Assembly: GCA_965204725.1 (NCBI GenBank)
Contig: OZ242005.1
Location: forward strand, 2,208,001 to 2,272,000
Length of the DNA: 64,000 nucleotides
Origin: Candidatus Latescibacterota bacterium
GTDB lineage: Bacteria; Latescibacterota; UBA2968; UBA8231
Reading direction: 5' to 3'
The translations under genes were made by a program, and so were the position numbers. The notes under the pieces were generated by a model that worked only from the letters and a program-made list of their open reading frames with translations, was not told where the DNA came from and did not search any database. Shown here in pieces: positions 18,041-28,600 of the stretch. Position 1 is the first letter of the stretch. Every line of letters starts with the position of its first letter.

Positions 18041-21000
18041 GTGATGACGAAAACGACGGCGCGACGAACGGCAGCGGTTGAGACCTATCTCGCTGACCTG
18101 CAACGGGTGCGGGCTTCCGGCGGCGCAACCGGCGAGCGGTCGAGCTACGGACCGCTGGCGAGCCTGCTCAATGCCATCGGCGCAACGCTCAAGCCCAAGG
18201 TCTTTTGCGTCGGCGAGTTGGCCGATCAGGGAGCGGGGCATCCCGACTTTGGGCTGTATGCGGCCAAGCAGGTGCAGAAGGGGCAACCTAAGCAGGGACA
18301 AGTGCCGGAACGGGGCGTGGTTGAAGTGAAGGCGGCGGACGATGACGCTTGGTTGACGGCGGCGGGCGATCAGGTTAGCCGCTATTGGGGACGCTATCGG
18401 CTGGTGCTGGTGACCAATACGTGCGACTTCGTGCTCGTCGGCGAGGACGCAGCCGGGCAACCGGCGACGCTCGAAACGTTTCGGCTGGCCGAGAGTGCCG
18501 AGGAATTCGCGCAACGCTTAGAGAATCCGCGAACTTTTGCTCGCGAGGTCGGCGCGGGGTTAGGGGAATATCTGTGCCGGGCGTTGTCGCATCGGGCGCG
18601 GCTGGCCGAGCCGAAGGATTTGGCTTGGCTGTTGGCGTCTCATGCCCGCGATGCGCTGGCGCGGGTCGAGGCGGCGGGTGATGCGCCGGCATTGGCGGCA
18701 GTGCGGACGGCATTGGAAGAGGCTCTCGGCGTCCGCTTTGAGGGCGAGCGCGGTGCGCGGTTTTTTCGCTCAACGCTGGTGCAGACGCTGTTCTACGGCG
18801 TGTTCTCCGCTTGGGTGCTGTGGGCGCGGCACACGACACAGGCCGGGAAAGCGTTCAATTGGCGCGAAGCGGTCTGGCATTTGCGAGCACCCGTCATGCA
18901 GGCATTATTCCAACAACTATCGCAACCCGGTCGGCTACAACCGCTCGGCCTCGTCGAAGTGCTGAATTGGACATCTGCGGCACTCGACCGGGTGGATCGC
19001 GACGCCTTCTTTGCCCGCTTCAACGAAGGCGAGGCCGTCACCTACTTTTACGAGCCATTCCTCCAAGCCTTTGACCCTGAACTGCGGAAACAACTCGGCG
19101 TCTGGTACACGCCGTCCGAAGTAGTGCGCTACATGGTCGCCCGCGTTGACAAGGCTTTGCGGGACGATCTCGGCTTGGCCGATGGGCTGGCGGCGGAAAA
19201 CGTCTATGTGCTCGATCCATGCTGCGGCACCGGGGCCTATCTGGCCGAAGTGCTGCGCCGCATCGCCGCCAATTTGAACAATCAAGGCTTGGGTGCGCTC
19301 ACCGGCGCCCGGGTCAAACAGGCGGCAACCGAGCGCGTGTTCGGCTTCGAGATCATGCCGGCGCCGTTTGTCGTCGCCCACCTGCAAGTTGGATTGACCA
19401 TGCAGGCACTCGACGCAGCCCTATCCGATGACGGGCAGGAACGCGCCCAAGTGTTTCTGACCAACGCACTAACCGGCTGGGAGCCGCGTCCGAGCAAGCC
19501 GCTGCCTTTTCTCGAACTGGAGGAGGAACGCGACCGGGCTGAGCGGGTCAAACAGGACACGCCGATCTTGGTGATCTTGGGCAATCCGCCCTACAACGGC
19601 TTTGCGGGGATGGCGATGGACGAAGAGCGGGAACTGTCGGTCGCCTATCGCACGACCAAGCGGGTGCGCCGCCCTGAAGGGCAAGGGCTCAACGACCTCT
19701 ACATCCGCTTTTTCCGCATGGCTGAGCGACGCATTGCCCAGACTGGTCGAGGCATGGTGTGCTTCATTTCCAACTATTCTTGGCTTGATGGGCTGTCGCA
19801 TACGGGAATGCGGGAACGCTATTTGGAGACATTTGACGCGATACGGATTGACTGCTTGAACGGCGACAAGTTCAAGACCGGCAAGGTCGCGCCGGATGGC
19901 TCGCCGGACCCAAGCATCTTTTCGACAGCGGACGATCCGGTCGGCATTCAGGTAGGCACTGCCATTGCGACGCTGGTACGTAAGCTCGACCACGCGCCAA
20001 CCGAGGCGGTCGGATTTCGGCATCTATGGGGGCAGGCCAAGCGCGAGGAGTTGCTTGAGACGGAGGAAGTGGAACCGGAAAAGCTCTACGAAAACATCGA
20101 TCCAGTGTTGCCGCTCGGCCTGCCGTTTGTACCAACGGCTGTCAGCAAGGATTGGTTCGACTGGCCGGCCCTGCCCGATTTATTTCCGGTATCCTTCCCG
20201 GGCGTGAATACCAGCCGCGACCCATTTCTCGTCGATACCGATCTCGACCGGCTCAAGGCGCGGCTGGCCGATTACTTCGATGCGAGTCTGAGCCATGACG
20301 AGATTGCGCGGCACTATCCAATCGTAATGAAAACCACGAGACGTTTCGACGCTCGCAAGGTACGCGACGCGCTGCTCGGACGCGGCTGGCCGATTGATGC
20401 TGGATTTATCCGCTTTACGTACCGGCCTTTTGACATTCGCTGGCTCTATTGGGAGGCAGAGACGAAACTGCTGGACGAAAAGCGTGCCGACTACAAGCCG
20501 CATGTGTTCGAGGGAAACGTCTGGCTGTCTGCCGCACAGCACCTGCGCCGAGACGCCAACCAGCCGCAAGCCTGTTTCACAAAAATCATGGCCTCGGGGC
20601 ACCTGATTGAGCGCGGCGCAAGCATGTTCCCCGCCTATCTGCGCGAGGAGGGCGATCTCAGCAATGGTGGCCAAGCCAGCACCCGCCCCAACCTATCGCC
20701 GGCCGCCCAACGCTACCTCAAGCATCTCGGTGCGACCGTCGAAGACCTCTTCTACCACGCCCTCGCCACTCTCCACGATCCCGCGTATCGCACGGCCAAT
20801 GCCGGAGCACTCAAGATGGAATGGCCGCGCATCCCCCTGCCGGGCTGGCCTGATAGCAAGACGGACAGTGCCGCCGAGACGCTCGCTACCTCCGCAGCAC
20901 GGGGTCGCGAGTTGGCCCGCCTGCTCGACCCCGACGCCCCCGTGCCGGGCGTGACCCAAGGCACGTTGCGTCCCGAGATCGCCGCCCTCGCCGTGCCCGC

Positions 21001-21394
21001 CACTACCGATAGCCGCAACATGACGGGCGACGATTTCGCGCTCACCGCCGGATGGGGCCATTTCGCAACGGGCGACGCCGTAATGCCGGGGCAAGGCCGC
21101 CTCATCGAGCGCGATTACACCCCGGACGAACGCGCCGCGCTGGGCGATGCCATCCCCGCCCTCGGCGCAAAGACGCTGGATGTGTACCTGAATGACCGCG
21201 CCTTCTGGCGCAACGTGCCCGCCGCGATTTGGGACTACAAACTCGGCGGCTACCAAGTCCTCAAGAAATGGCTCTCCTACCGCGAACACGCTGTGTTGGG
21301 ACGAGTGCTGACGCCGGAGGAAGTGCAGTACTTTGCGGAGATGACGAGGAGGATTGGAGGGATGTTGAAATCGACACGATCCCCTGATGGATGA
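18041..21394 (+). CDS. Type ISP/IIG-like fused REase-N6-adenine MTase-TRD (no helicase), copy 1
   Basis: HPDF...VVEVK nuclease motif; GVWYTP, DPCCGTG and GNPPY MTase motifs; LlaBIII-type C-terminus (FTYRPFD, GGYQVLKKWLSYRE). Confidence 0.9.
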   Translation: MMTKTTARRTAAVETYLADLQRVRASGGATGERSSYGPLASLLNAIGATLKPKVFCVGELADQGAGHPDFGLYAAKQVQKGQPKQGQVPERGVVEVKAADDDAWLTAAGDQVSRYWGRYRLVLVTNTCDFVLVGEDAAGQPATLETFRLAESAEEFAQRLENPRTFAREVGAGLGEYLCRALSHRARLAEPKDLAWLLASHARDALARVEAAGDAPALAAVRTALEEALGVRFEGERGARFFRSTLVQTLFYGVFSAWVLWARHTTQAGKAFNWREAVWHLRAPVMQALFQQLSQPGRLQPLGLVEVLNWTSAALDRVDRDAFFARFNEGEAVTYFYEPFLQAFDPELRKQLGVWYTPSEVVRYMVARVDKALRDDLGLADGLAAENVYVLDPCCGTGAYLAEVLRRIAANLNNQGLGALTGARVKQAATERVFGFEIMPAPFVVAHLQVGLTMQALDAALSDDGQERAQVFLTNALTGWEPRPSKPLPFLELEEERDRAERVKQDTPILVILGNPPYNGFAGMAMDEERELSVAYRTTKRVRRPEGQGLNDLYIRFFRMAERRIAQTGRGMVCFISNYSWLDGLSHTGMRERYLETFDAIRIDCLNGDKFKTGKVAPDGSPDPSIFSTADDPVGIQVGTAIATLVRKLDHAPTEAVGFRHLWGQAKREELLETEEVEPEKLYENIDPVLPLGLPFVPTAVSKDWFDWPALPDLFPVSFPGVNTSRDPFLVDTDLDRLKARLADYFDASLSHDEIARHYPIVMKTTRRFDARKVRDALLGRGWPIDAGFIRFTYRPFDIRWLYWEAETKLLDEKRADYKPHVFEGNVWLSAAQHLRRDANQPQACFTKIMASGHLIERGASMFPAYLREEGDLSNGGQASTRPNLSPAAQRYLKHLGATVEDLFYHALATLHDPAYRTANAGALKMEWPRIPLPGWPDSKTDSAAETLATSAARGRELARLLDPDAPVPGVTQGTLRPEIAALAVPATTDSRNMTGDDFALTAGWGHFATGDAVMPGQGRLIERDYTPDERAALGDAIPALGAKTLDVYLNDRAFWRNVPAAIWDYKLGGYQVLKKWLSYREHAVLGRVLTPEEVQYFAEMTRRIGGMLKSTRSPDG

Positions 21395-21404
21395 GACATT
21401 CAAG

Positions 21405-21600
21405 ATGAAACCCACCGCATACATCGAGACATCGATCACCAGCTATCTCACCGCGAGACCTTCCCGAGATGTCGTGGTCACAGCGTATCAGCAAGGGTGG
21501 CGCAACGCTCGGGACTGATTTGACCTCGTCGCGTCAGAGCTTGTTATCGCCGAAGCCAGTGCCGATGATACATGTACCCCCAACGAACTAATGGAACCCG
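21405..21600 (+). pseudogene. PIN-domain (VapC-like) toxin remnant, N- and C-terminal parts only
   Basis: MKPTAYIETSITSYLTARPSRDVVV...RD*FDLVASELVIAEASA...CTPNELME, with an in-frame stop and a large internal deletion. Confidence 0.75.
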
Positions 21601-21610
21601 GAACCCAACC

Positions 21611-21805
21611 ATGAAGCCATCACAACCCGAGCCGGTCATCGCTGAAATCCGAACCGTCCGCGACCCACACGCGGCCCGGTTTGGTTACGACGTCAAAGCA
21701 ATTTTCAGAGACATTCAAGCCAGACAAGAGGCTTCTGGTCGCCAATACGTCCGCTACCCCGCTCGCCGCACAGCCCCTGAGTCCGGAGCTCAGGCGACCC
21801 GGTGA
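21611..21805 (+). CDS. Small protein of the type found downstream of this PIN family (putative antitoxin)
   Basis: EPVIAEIRTVRDPHAARFGYDVKAIFRDIQARQ. Confidence 0.6.
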   Translation: MKPSQPEPVIAEIRTVRDPHAARFGYDVKAIFRDIQARQEASGRQYVRYPARRTAPESGAQATR

Positions 21806-21950
21806 GATCGGCTGGCCAAAGTCTCTCGTGTTGGGGGATGGCCTTTGCCGGATTGGTGCCGATCATGGCCCCGACGATGCTGGTGTACACTTTCTTGCAG
21901 CAATACCTGACAAAGAGGATTCCTATTGGGCACTCAAGAGGTAGAAAGGG
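21757..21950 (+). repeat. Spacer repeat copy A, containing a carbohydrate ABC permease 3' tail remnant
   Basis: Near-identical to 25431-25623; degenerate WGMAFAGLV.IMAPTMLVY.FLQQYLTK. Confidence 0.8.
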
Positions 21951-21959
21951 CCGTGATCG

Positions 21960-24900
21960 GTGATGACGAAAACGACGGCGCGACTAACGGCAGCGGTTGA
22001 GACCTATCTCGCTGACCTGCAACGGATTCGTTCATCGGGCGGCGCAACCGGCGAGCGGTCGAGCTACGGACCGCTGGCGAGCCTGCTCAATGCCATCGGC
22101 GCAACGCTCAAGCCCAAGGTCTTTTGCGTCGGCGAGTTGGCCGATCAGGGAGCGGGGCATCCCGACTTTGGGCTGTACTCGGCCAAGCAGGTGCAGAAGG
22201 GGCAACCGAAACAGGGACAAGTGCCCGAAGGGGGTGTGGTTGAAGTGAAGGCGGCGGACGATGACGCTTGGTTGACGGCGGCGGGCGATCAGGTCAGCCG
22301 CTATTGGGAACGCTATCGGCTAGTGCTGGTGACCAATACGTGCGACTTCGTGCTCGTCGGCGAGGATGCGGCCGGGCAACCGGCTACGCTCGAAACGTTC
22401 CGGTTAGCTCAAGGTGCGGAGGAATTCGACCGTCGATTGGAGACGCCGCGTGCTTTTGCTCGCGAGGTCGGCGCGGGTTTAGGGGAATATCTGTGCCGGG
22501 CACTGGCGCATCGGGCGCGGCTGGCCGAGCCGAAGGATTTGGCTTGGCTGTTGGCGTCTCATGCCCGCGATGCGTTGGCGCGGGTCGAGGCGGCGGGCGA
22601 TGCGCCGGCGTTGGCAGCAGTGCGGACGGCATTGGAAGAGGCCCTCGGTGTCCGCTTTGAGGGCGAGCGCGGCGCACGGTTTTTCCGTTCAACGCTGGTG
22701 CAGACGCTGTTCTACGGCGTGTTCTCCGCTTGGGTGCTGTGGGCGCGGCACACGTCCGGGGCCGCTCGGTTCGACTGGCGCACGGCGGTCTGGCATCTAC
22801 GGGCACCGGTGCTACGGGTGCTGTTCCAACAAATCTCCGATCCCGGTCGGCTGTACCCGCTCGGCCTCGTCGAAGTGCTGGACTGGACGGCTGCTGCACT
22901 CGACCGAGTGGATAGAGACGCCTTCTTCGCCCGCTTCAACGAAGGCGAGGCCGTCACCTACTTTTACGAGCCGTTCCTCCAAGCCTTTGATCCCGAACTG
23001 CGGAAACAACTCGGCGTCTGGTACACGCCATCCGAAGTAGTGCGCTACATGGTCGCTCGCGTGGACCAAGCCCTCCGGGACGATCTCGGCTTGGCCGACG
23101 GGCTGGCCGCGGAAAACGTCTATGTGCTCGATCCATGCTGCGGCACGGGAGCGTATCTGGCCGAAGTGCTGCGCCGCATCGCCGCCAATTTGAACAATCA
23201 AGGCTTGGGGGCGCTGGCGGGTGCCCGAGTCAAGCAGGCGGCAACCGAGCGCGTGTTCGGCTTTGAGATTATGCCCGCGCCGTTTGTCGTCGCCCATCTG
23301 CAAGTTGGGTTGACCATGCAGGCACTCGACGCGGCCCTGTCCGATGACGGAACGGAACGCGCCCAAGTGTTTCTGACTAATGCGCTGACCGGCTGGGAGC
23401 CGCGTCCGAGCAAGCCGCTGCCTTTTCTCGAACTGGAGGAGGAACGCGACCGGGCTGAGCGGGTCAAGCAGGACACGCCGATCTTGGTGATCTTGGGCAA
23501 TCCACCTTACAACGGTTTTGCGGGGATGGCGATGGACGAAGAGCGGGCATTATCAGAAGCCTATCGCACGACCAAACGGGTGCGCCGTCCCGAAGGGCAA
23601 GGGCTGAACGACCTCTACATCCGCTTTTTCCGCATGGCCGAACGACGCATTGCCCAGACCGGCCAAGGCGTCGTGTGCTTCATTTCCAACTATTCGTGGC
23701 TCGACGGGCTGTCGCATACCGGGATGCGGGAACGCTATTTGGAGACATTTGACGCGGTTCGGATTGACAATCTGCACGGCGACCGCATCATCTCGGAGTA
23801 TGCACCCGATGGGCGGACCAGCGAAACCGTCTTTGCGCTTCAGGGACAATCGCCGGGCATTCGGGTTGGCACCAGCATCGCCATGCTTTCCAAGTCGGGA
23901 ACCGCCGATCTATCGACACGCCGACGCATTCTGTATCGCGATCTCCATCAGGCCAGAGCGGATGAAAGACGACAAGCCCTGTTGGACAGCCTCGACGCCG
24001 AAATTGATGCAGGCTATACCGCATTGAAACCCAATTTTCGCCTCGGCTTGCCATTCAAGCCAGCGGCTGTCAGCGAAGATTGGTTCGACTGGCCGGCCCT
24101 GCCCGACCTGTTTCCAGTGTCGTTCCCCGGCGTCAAAACCAGCCGCAACGGATTCCTCATCGACATTGACCTCGACCCGCTCAAGGCGCGGATCAACGAA
24201 TACTTCAACGCGGAGTTGCGCCCCGACGACATCGCCCGCCGCCATCCGGCCATCATGCAGCAATCCGCGCTGTTCGACGCCCACGCCGTGCGCGCTGAAC
24301 TGCTGGCCCGCGGCGGACCCAACCCCGCCGGGTTCATCCGCCATACCTATCGACCCTTTGACCAGCGCTGGCTGTATTGGGAAGCCGATTCAAAGCTGCT
24401 CGACCGACCGCGCCCCCAGTACAAGCCGCATATATTCGAGGGGAATCTGTGGCTGTCTGCCGCGCAGCACCTGCGCCGCGACGCCAACCAGCCGCAAGCC
24501 TGTTTCACAAAAATCATGGCCTCGGGGCACCTGATTGAGCGCGGCGCGAGCATGTTCCCCGCCTATCTGCGCGAGGAGGGCGACCTCAGCAATGGCGGTC
24601 AGGCCAGCACCCGCCCCAACCTATCGCCCGCTGCCCAACGCTATCTCAAGCATCTCGGCGTGACCGTCGAAGACCTCTTCTACCACGTCCTCGCCACCCT
24701 CCACGATCCCGCGTATCGCACGGCCAATGCCGGGGCACTCAAGATGGAATGGCCGCGCATCCCCCTGCCGGGCTGGCCCGATGGCAAGGCGGACAGCGCA
24801 GCCGAGACGCTCGCTACCTCCGCAGCACGGGGCCGCGAGTTGGCCCGCCTGCTCGATCTCGACGCCTCCGTGCCGGGCGTGACCCAAGGCGCATTGCGCC

Positions 24901-25322
24901 CAGAGATCGCCACCCTCGCCGTGCCCTCCACTACCGATAGCCGCAACATGGCCGGCGACGATTTCGCGCTCACCGCCGGATGGGGCCATTTCGCACCGGG
25001 CGACGCGGTGATGCCGGGTCAAGGCCACCTCGTCGAGCGCGATTACACCCCGGACGAACGCGCCGCGCTGGGCGATGCCATCCCCACCCTCGGCGCAAAG
25101 ACGCTGGACGTGTACCTGAACGACCGCGCTTTCTGGCGCAACGTGCCCGCCACAATTTGGGACTACAAACTCGGCGGCTACCAAGTCCTCAAAAAATGGC
25201 TCTCCTACCGCGAACACGCTGTGTTAGGACGGGTGCTGACGCCGGAGGAAGTGCGGTACTTTGCGGAGATGACGCGGCGGATTGGGGCGATATTGAAATC
25301 GACACGATCCCCTGATGGATGA
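21960..25322 (+). CDS. Type ISP/IIG-like REase-MTase-TRD, copy 2
   Basis: Same motifs as copy 1; different segments after RID (NLHGDRIISEY...) and after FPGV (KTSRNG...DRPRPQ). Confidence 0.9.
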   Translation: MMTKTTARLTAAVETYLADLQRIRSSGGATGERSSYGPLASLLNAIGATLKPKVFCVGELADQGAGHPDFGLYSAKQVQKGQPKQGQVPEGGVVEVKAADDDAWLTAAGDQVSRYWERYRLVLVTNTCDFVLVGEDAAGQPATLETFRLAQGAEEFDRRLETPRAFAREVGAGLGEYLCRALAHRARLAEPKDLAWLLASHARDALARVEAAGDAPALAAVRTALEEALGVRFEGERGARFFRSTLVQTLFYGVFSAWVLWARHTSGAARFDWRTAVWHLRAPVLRVLFQQISDPGRLYPLGLVEVLDWTAAALDRVDRDAFFARFNEGEAVTYFYEPFLQAFDPELRKQLGVWYTPSEVVRYMVARVDQALRDDLGLADGLAAENVYVLDPCCGTGAYLAEVLRRIAANLNNQGLGALAGARVKQAATERVFGFEIMPAPFVVAHLQVGLTMQALDAALSDDGTERAQVFLTNALTGWEPRPSKPLPFLELEEERDRAERVKQDTPILVILGNPPYNGFAGMAMDEERALSEAYRTTKRVRRPEGQGLNDLYIRFFRMAERRIAQTGQGVVCFISNYSWLDGLSHTGMRERYLETFDAVRIDNLHGDRIISEYAPDGRTSETVFALQGQSPGIRVGTSIAMLSKSGTADLSTRRRILYRDLHQARADERRQALLDSLDAEIDAGYTALKPNFRLGLPFKPAAVSEDWFDWPALPDLFPVSFPGVKTSRNGFLIDIDLDPLKARINEYFNAELRPDDIARRHPAIMQQSALFDAHAVRAELLARGGPNPAGFIRHTYRPFDQRWLYWEADSKLLDRPRPQYKPHIFEGNLWLSAAQHLRRDANQPQACFTKIMASGHLIERGASMFPAYLREEGDLSNGGQASTRPNLSPAAQRYLKHLGVTVEDLFYHVLATLHDPAYRTANAGALKMEWPRIPLPGWPDGKADSAAETLATSAARGRELARLLDLDASVPGVTQGALRPEIATLAVPSTTDSRNMAGDDFALTAGWGHFAPGDAVMPGQGHLVERDYTPDERAALGDAIPTLGAKTLDVYLNDRAFWRNVPATIWDYKLGGYQVLKKWLSYREHAVLGRVLTPEEVRYFAEMTRRIGAILKSTRSPDG

Positions 25323-25327
25323 GACAT

Positions 25328-25432
25328 CTCACACAGAAGTTACTCGAGCAGAGAGCGGTCCCCCACACGGCTGCGGAAGATGCGGCTCATATTGCCATCG
25401 CCGTTGCAAACGGAGTCCGTTATCTTGTAACC
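25328..25432 (+). pseudogene. PIN-domain remnant, central part
   Basis: Reads LTQKLLEQRAVPHTAAEDAAHIAIAVANGVRYLVT, the region deleted from the 21405 remnant. Confidence 0.7.
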
Positions 25433-25623
25433 CGCTCGCCGCACAGCCCCTGAGCCGAAGCTCAGGCGACCCGGTGAGATCGGCTGGCCAAAGTCTCTCG
25501 TGTTGGGGGATGGCCTTTGCCGGGTTGGTGATGATCATGGCCCCGACGATGCTGGTGTACGCTTTCTTGCAGCAATACCTGACGAAGGGGATTACTGTTG
25601 GGGCACTCAAGAGGTAGAAAGGG
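25431..25623 (+). repeat. Spacer repeat copy B with ABC permease C-terminal remnant
   Basis: Encodes WGMAFAGLVMIMAPTMLVYAFLQQYLTKGITVGALKR*, a MalG-like C-terminus. Confidence 0.8.
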
Positions 25624-25634
25624 GGCGGCGGTAG

Positions 25635-28600
25635 GTGATGACGAAAACGACGGCGCGACTAACGGCAGCGGTAGAAACCTATCTCGCTGACCTGCAACGG
25701 GTGCGGGCTTCGGGCGGCGCAACCGGCGAGCGGTCGAGCTACGGACCGCTGGCGAGCCTGCTCAATGCCATCGGCACAACGCTCAAGCCCAAGGTCTTTT
25801 GCGTCGGCGAGTTGGCCGATCAGGGAGCGGGGCATCCCGACTTTGGGCTGTACTCGGCCAAGCAGGTGCAGAAGGGGCAACCTAAGCAGGGACAAGTGCC
25901 AGAACGGGGCGTGGTTGAAGTGAAAGCGGCGGACGATGACGCTTGGTTGACGGCAGCAGGCGATCAGGTTAGCCGCTACTGGGGACGCTATCGGCTGGTG
26001 CTGGTGACCAATACGTGCGACTTCTTGCTCGTCGGCGAGGATGCGGCCGGGCAACCGGCGACGCTCGAAACGTTCCGGCTGGCCGAGAGTGCCGAGGAAT
26101 TCGCACAACGATTGGAGACGCCGCGAACTTTTGCTCGCGAGGTCGGCGCGGGGTTAGGGGAATATCTGTGCCGGGCGTTGTCGCATCGGGCGCGGCTGGC
26201 CGAGCCGAAGGATTTGGCTTGGCTGTTGGCGTCTCATGCCCGCGATGCGCTGGCGCGGGTCGAGGCGGCGGGCGATGCGCCAGCGTTGGCGGCGGTGCGG
26301 ACGGCACTGGAAGAGGCCCTCGGCGTCCGCTTTGAGGGCGAACGCGGAGCGCGGTTTTTCCGTTCAACGCTGGTGCAGACGCTGTTCTACGGCGTGTTTT
26401 CCGCTTGGGTGCTGTGGGCGCGGCACACGTCCGGGGCCGCTCGGTTCGACTGGCGCACGGCGGTCTGGCATTTGCGGGCACCCGTCATGCAGGCATTGTT
26501 CCAACAACTATCGCAACCCGGTCGGTTACAACCGCTCGGCCTCGTTGAAGTGCTCGACTGGACGGCTGCTGCGCTCGACCGAGTAGATCGCGACGCCTTC
26601 TTTGCCCGCTTCAACGAGGGCGAGGCCGTCACGTATTTCTACGAGCCGTTCCTCCAAGCCTTTGACCCCGAATTGCGGAAACAACTCGGCGTCTGGTACA
26701 CGCCATCCGAAGTGGTGCGCTACATGGTCGCCCGCGTGGACCAAGCCCTGCGGGACGATCTCGGCTTGGCCGATGGGCTGGCCGCAGAAAACGTCTATGT
26801 GCTCGATCCCTGCTGCGGCACCGGGGCCTATCTGGCCGAAGTCCTGCGCCGCATCGCCGCTAATTTGAACAATCAAGGCTTGGGTGTGCTGGTGGGTGCC
26901 CGGGTCAAGCAGGCGGCGACCGAGCGCGTGTTCAGCTTCGAGATTATGCCGGCGCCTTTTGTCGTCGCCCATCTGCAAGTCGGGTTGACCATGCAAGCAC
27001 TTGACGCAGCCTTGGCCGATGACGGAGCGGAACGCGCCCAAGTGTTTCTGACCAACGCGTTGACCGGCTGGGAGCCGCGCCCGAGCAAGCCGCTGCCTTT
27101 TCTCGAACTGGAGGAGGAACGCGACCGGGCTGAGCGGGTCAAGCAGGACACGCCGATCTTGGTGATCTTGGGCAATCCACCCTACAACGGTTTTGCGGGG
27201 ATGGCGATGGACGAAGAGCGGGCATTATCAGAAGCCTATCGCACGACCAAGCGGGTGCGCCGTCCCGAAGGGCAAGGGCTCAACGACCTCTACATCCGCT
27301 TTTTCCGCATGGCCGAGCGACGCATTGCCCAGACCGGCCAAGGCGTGGTGTGCTTCATTTCCAACTACTCGTGGCTCGACGGGCTGTCGCATACGGGAAT
27401 GCGGGAACGCTATTTGAAGACATTTGACGCAGTTCGGATTGACTGCTTGAACGGCGACAAGTTCAAGACCGGCAAGGTTGCGCCGGATGGTTCGCCGGAC
27501 CCGAGCATTTTTTCGACGGCGGACGATCCGGTCGGCATTCAGGTAGGCACTGCCATTGCGACGCTGGTGCGTAAACTCGATCACGCGCCAACCGAGGAGG
27601 TCGGCTTTCGGCATCTGTGGGGGCAGGCCAAGCGGGAGGAGTTGCTTGAGACGGAGGAAGTGGAACCGGGAAAGCTCTACGAGCACATCGATCCAGTGTT
27701 GCCGCTCGGCTTGCCGTTTGTACCAACGGCCGTCAGCGAAGATTGGTTCGACTGGCCGGCCCTGCCCGACCTGTTCCCGGTGTCGTTCCCCGGCGTCAAG
27801 ACCAGCCGCAACGGATTCCTCATCGACATTGACCTCGACCCGCTCAAAGCACGAATCGACGATTACTTCAACGCGGAGTTGCGCCATGAGGCCATCGCCC
27901 GCCGCCATCCGGCCATCATGCAGCAATCCGCGCTGTTCGACGCCCACGCCGTGCGCGCTGAACTGCTCGCTCGCGGCGGACCCAACCCCGCCGGATTCAT
28001 CCGCCATACCTACCGACCCTTTGACCAGCGCTGGCTGTATTGGGAAGCCGATTCAAAGCTGCTCGACCGACCGCGCCCCCAGTACAAGCCGCATATATTC
28101 GAGGGGAATCTGTGGCTTTCCGCCGCGCAGCACCTGCGCCGCGATGCCAACCAGCCACAAGCCTGTTTCACGAAAATCATGGCCTCGGGGCACCTGATTG
28201 AGCGCGGCGCGAGCATGTTCCCCGTCTATCTGCGCGAGGAGGGCGACCTCAGCAATGGCGGTCAAGCCAGCACCCGCCCCAACCTATCACCGACCGCCCA
28301 ACGCTACCTCAAGCATCTCGGCGCGACCGTCGAAGACCTCTTCTACCACGTCCTCGCCACCCTCCACGATCCCGCGTATCGCACGGCCAATGCCGGAGCA
28401 CTCAAGATGGAATGGCCGCGCATCCCCCTGCCGGGCTGGCCCGATAGCAAGACGGACAGTGCCGCCGAAACGCTCGCGGCATCAGCGACGCGAGGGCGCG
28501 AACTGGCTAGTCTGCTCGATCCCGACGCCTCCGTGCCGGGCGTGACCCAAGGCACGTTGCGCCCAGAGATCGCCGCCCTCGCCATGCCATCCACCACTGA

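Noticed and set aside
25315-25617. 100-aa ORF as a real membrane protein
   Set aside because: A chance fusion of an out-of-frame PIN remnant and an ABC permease tail.
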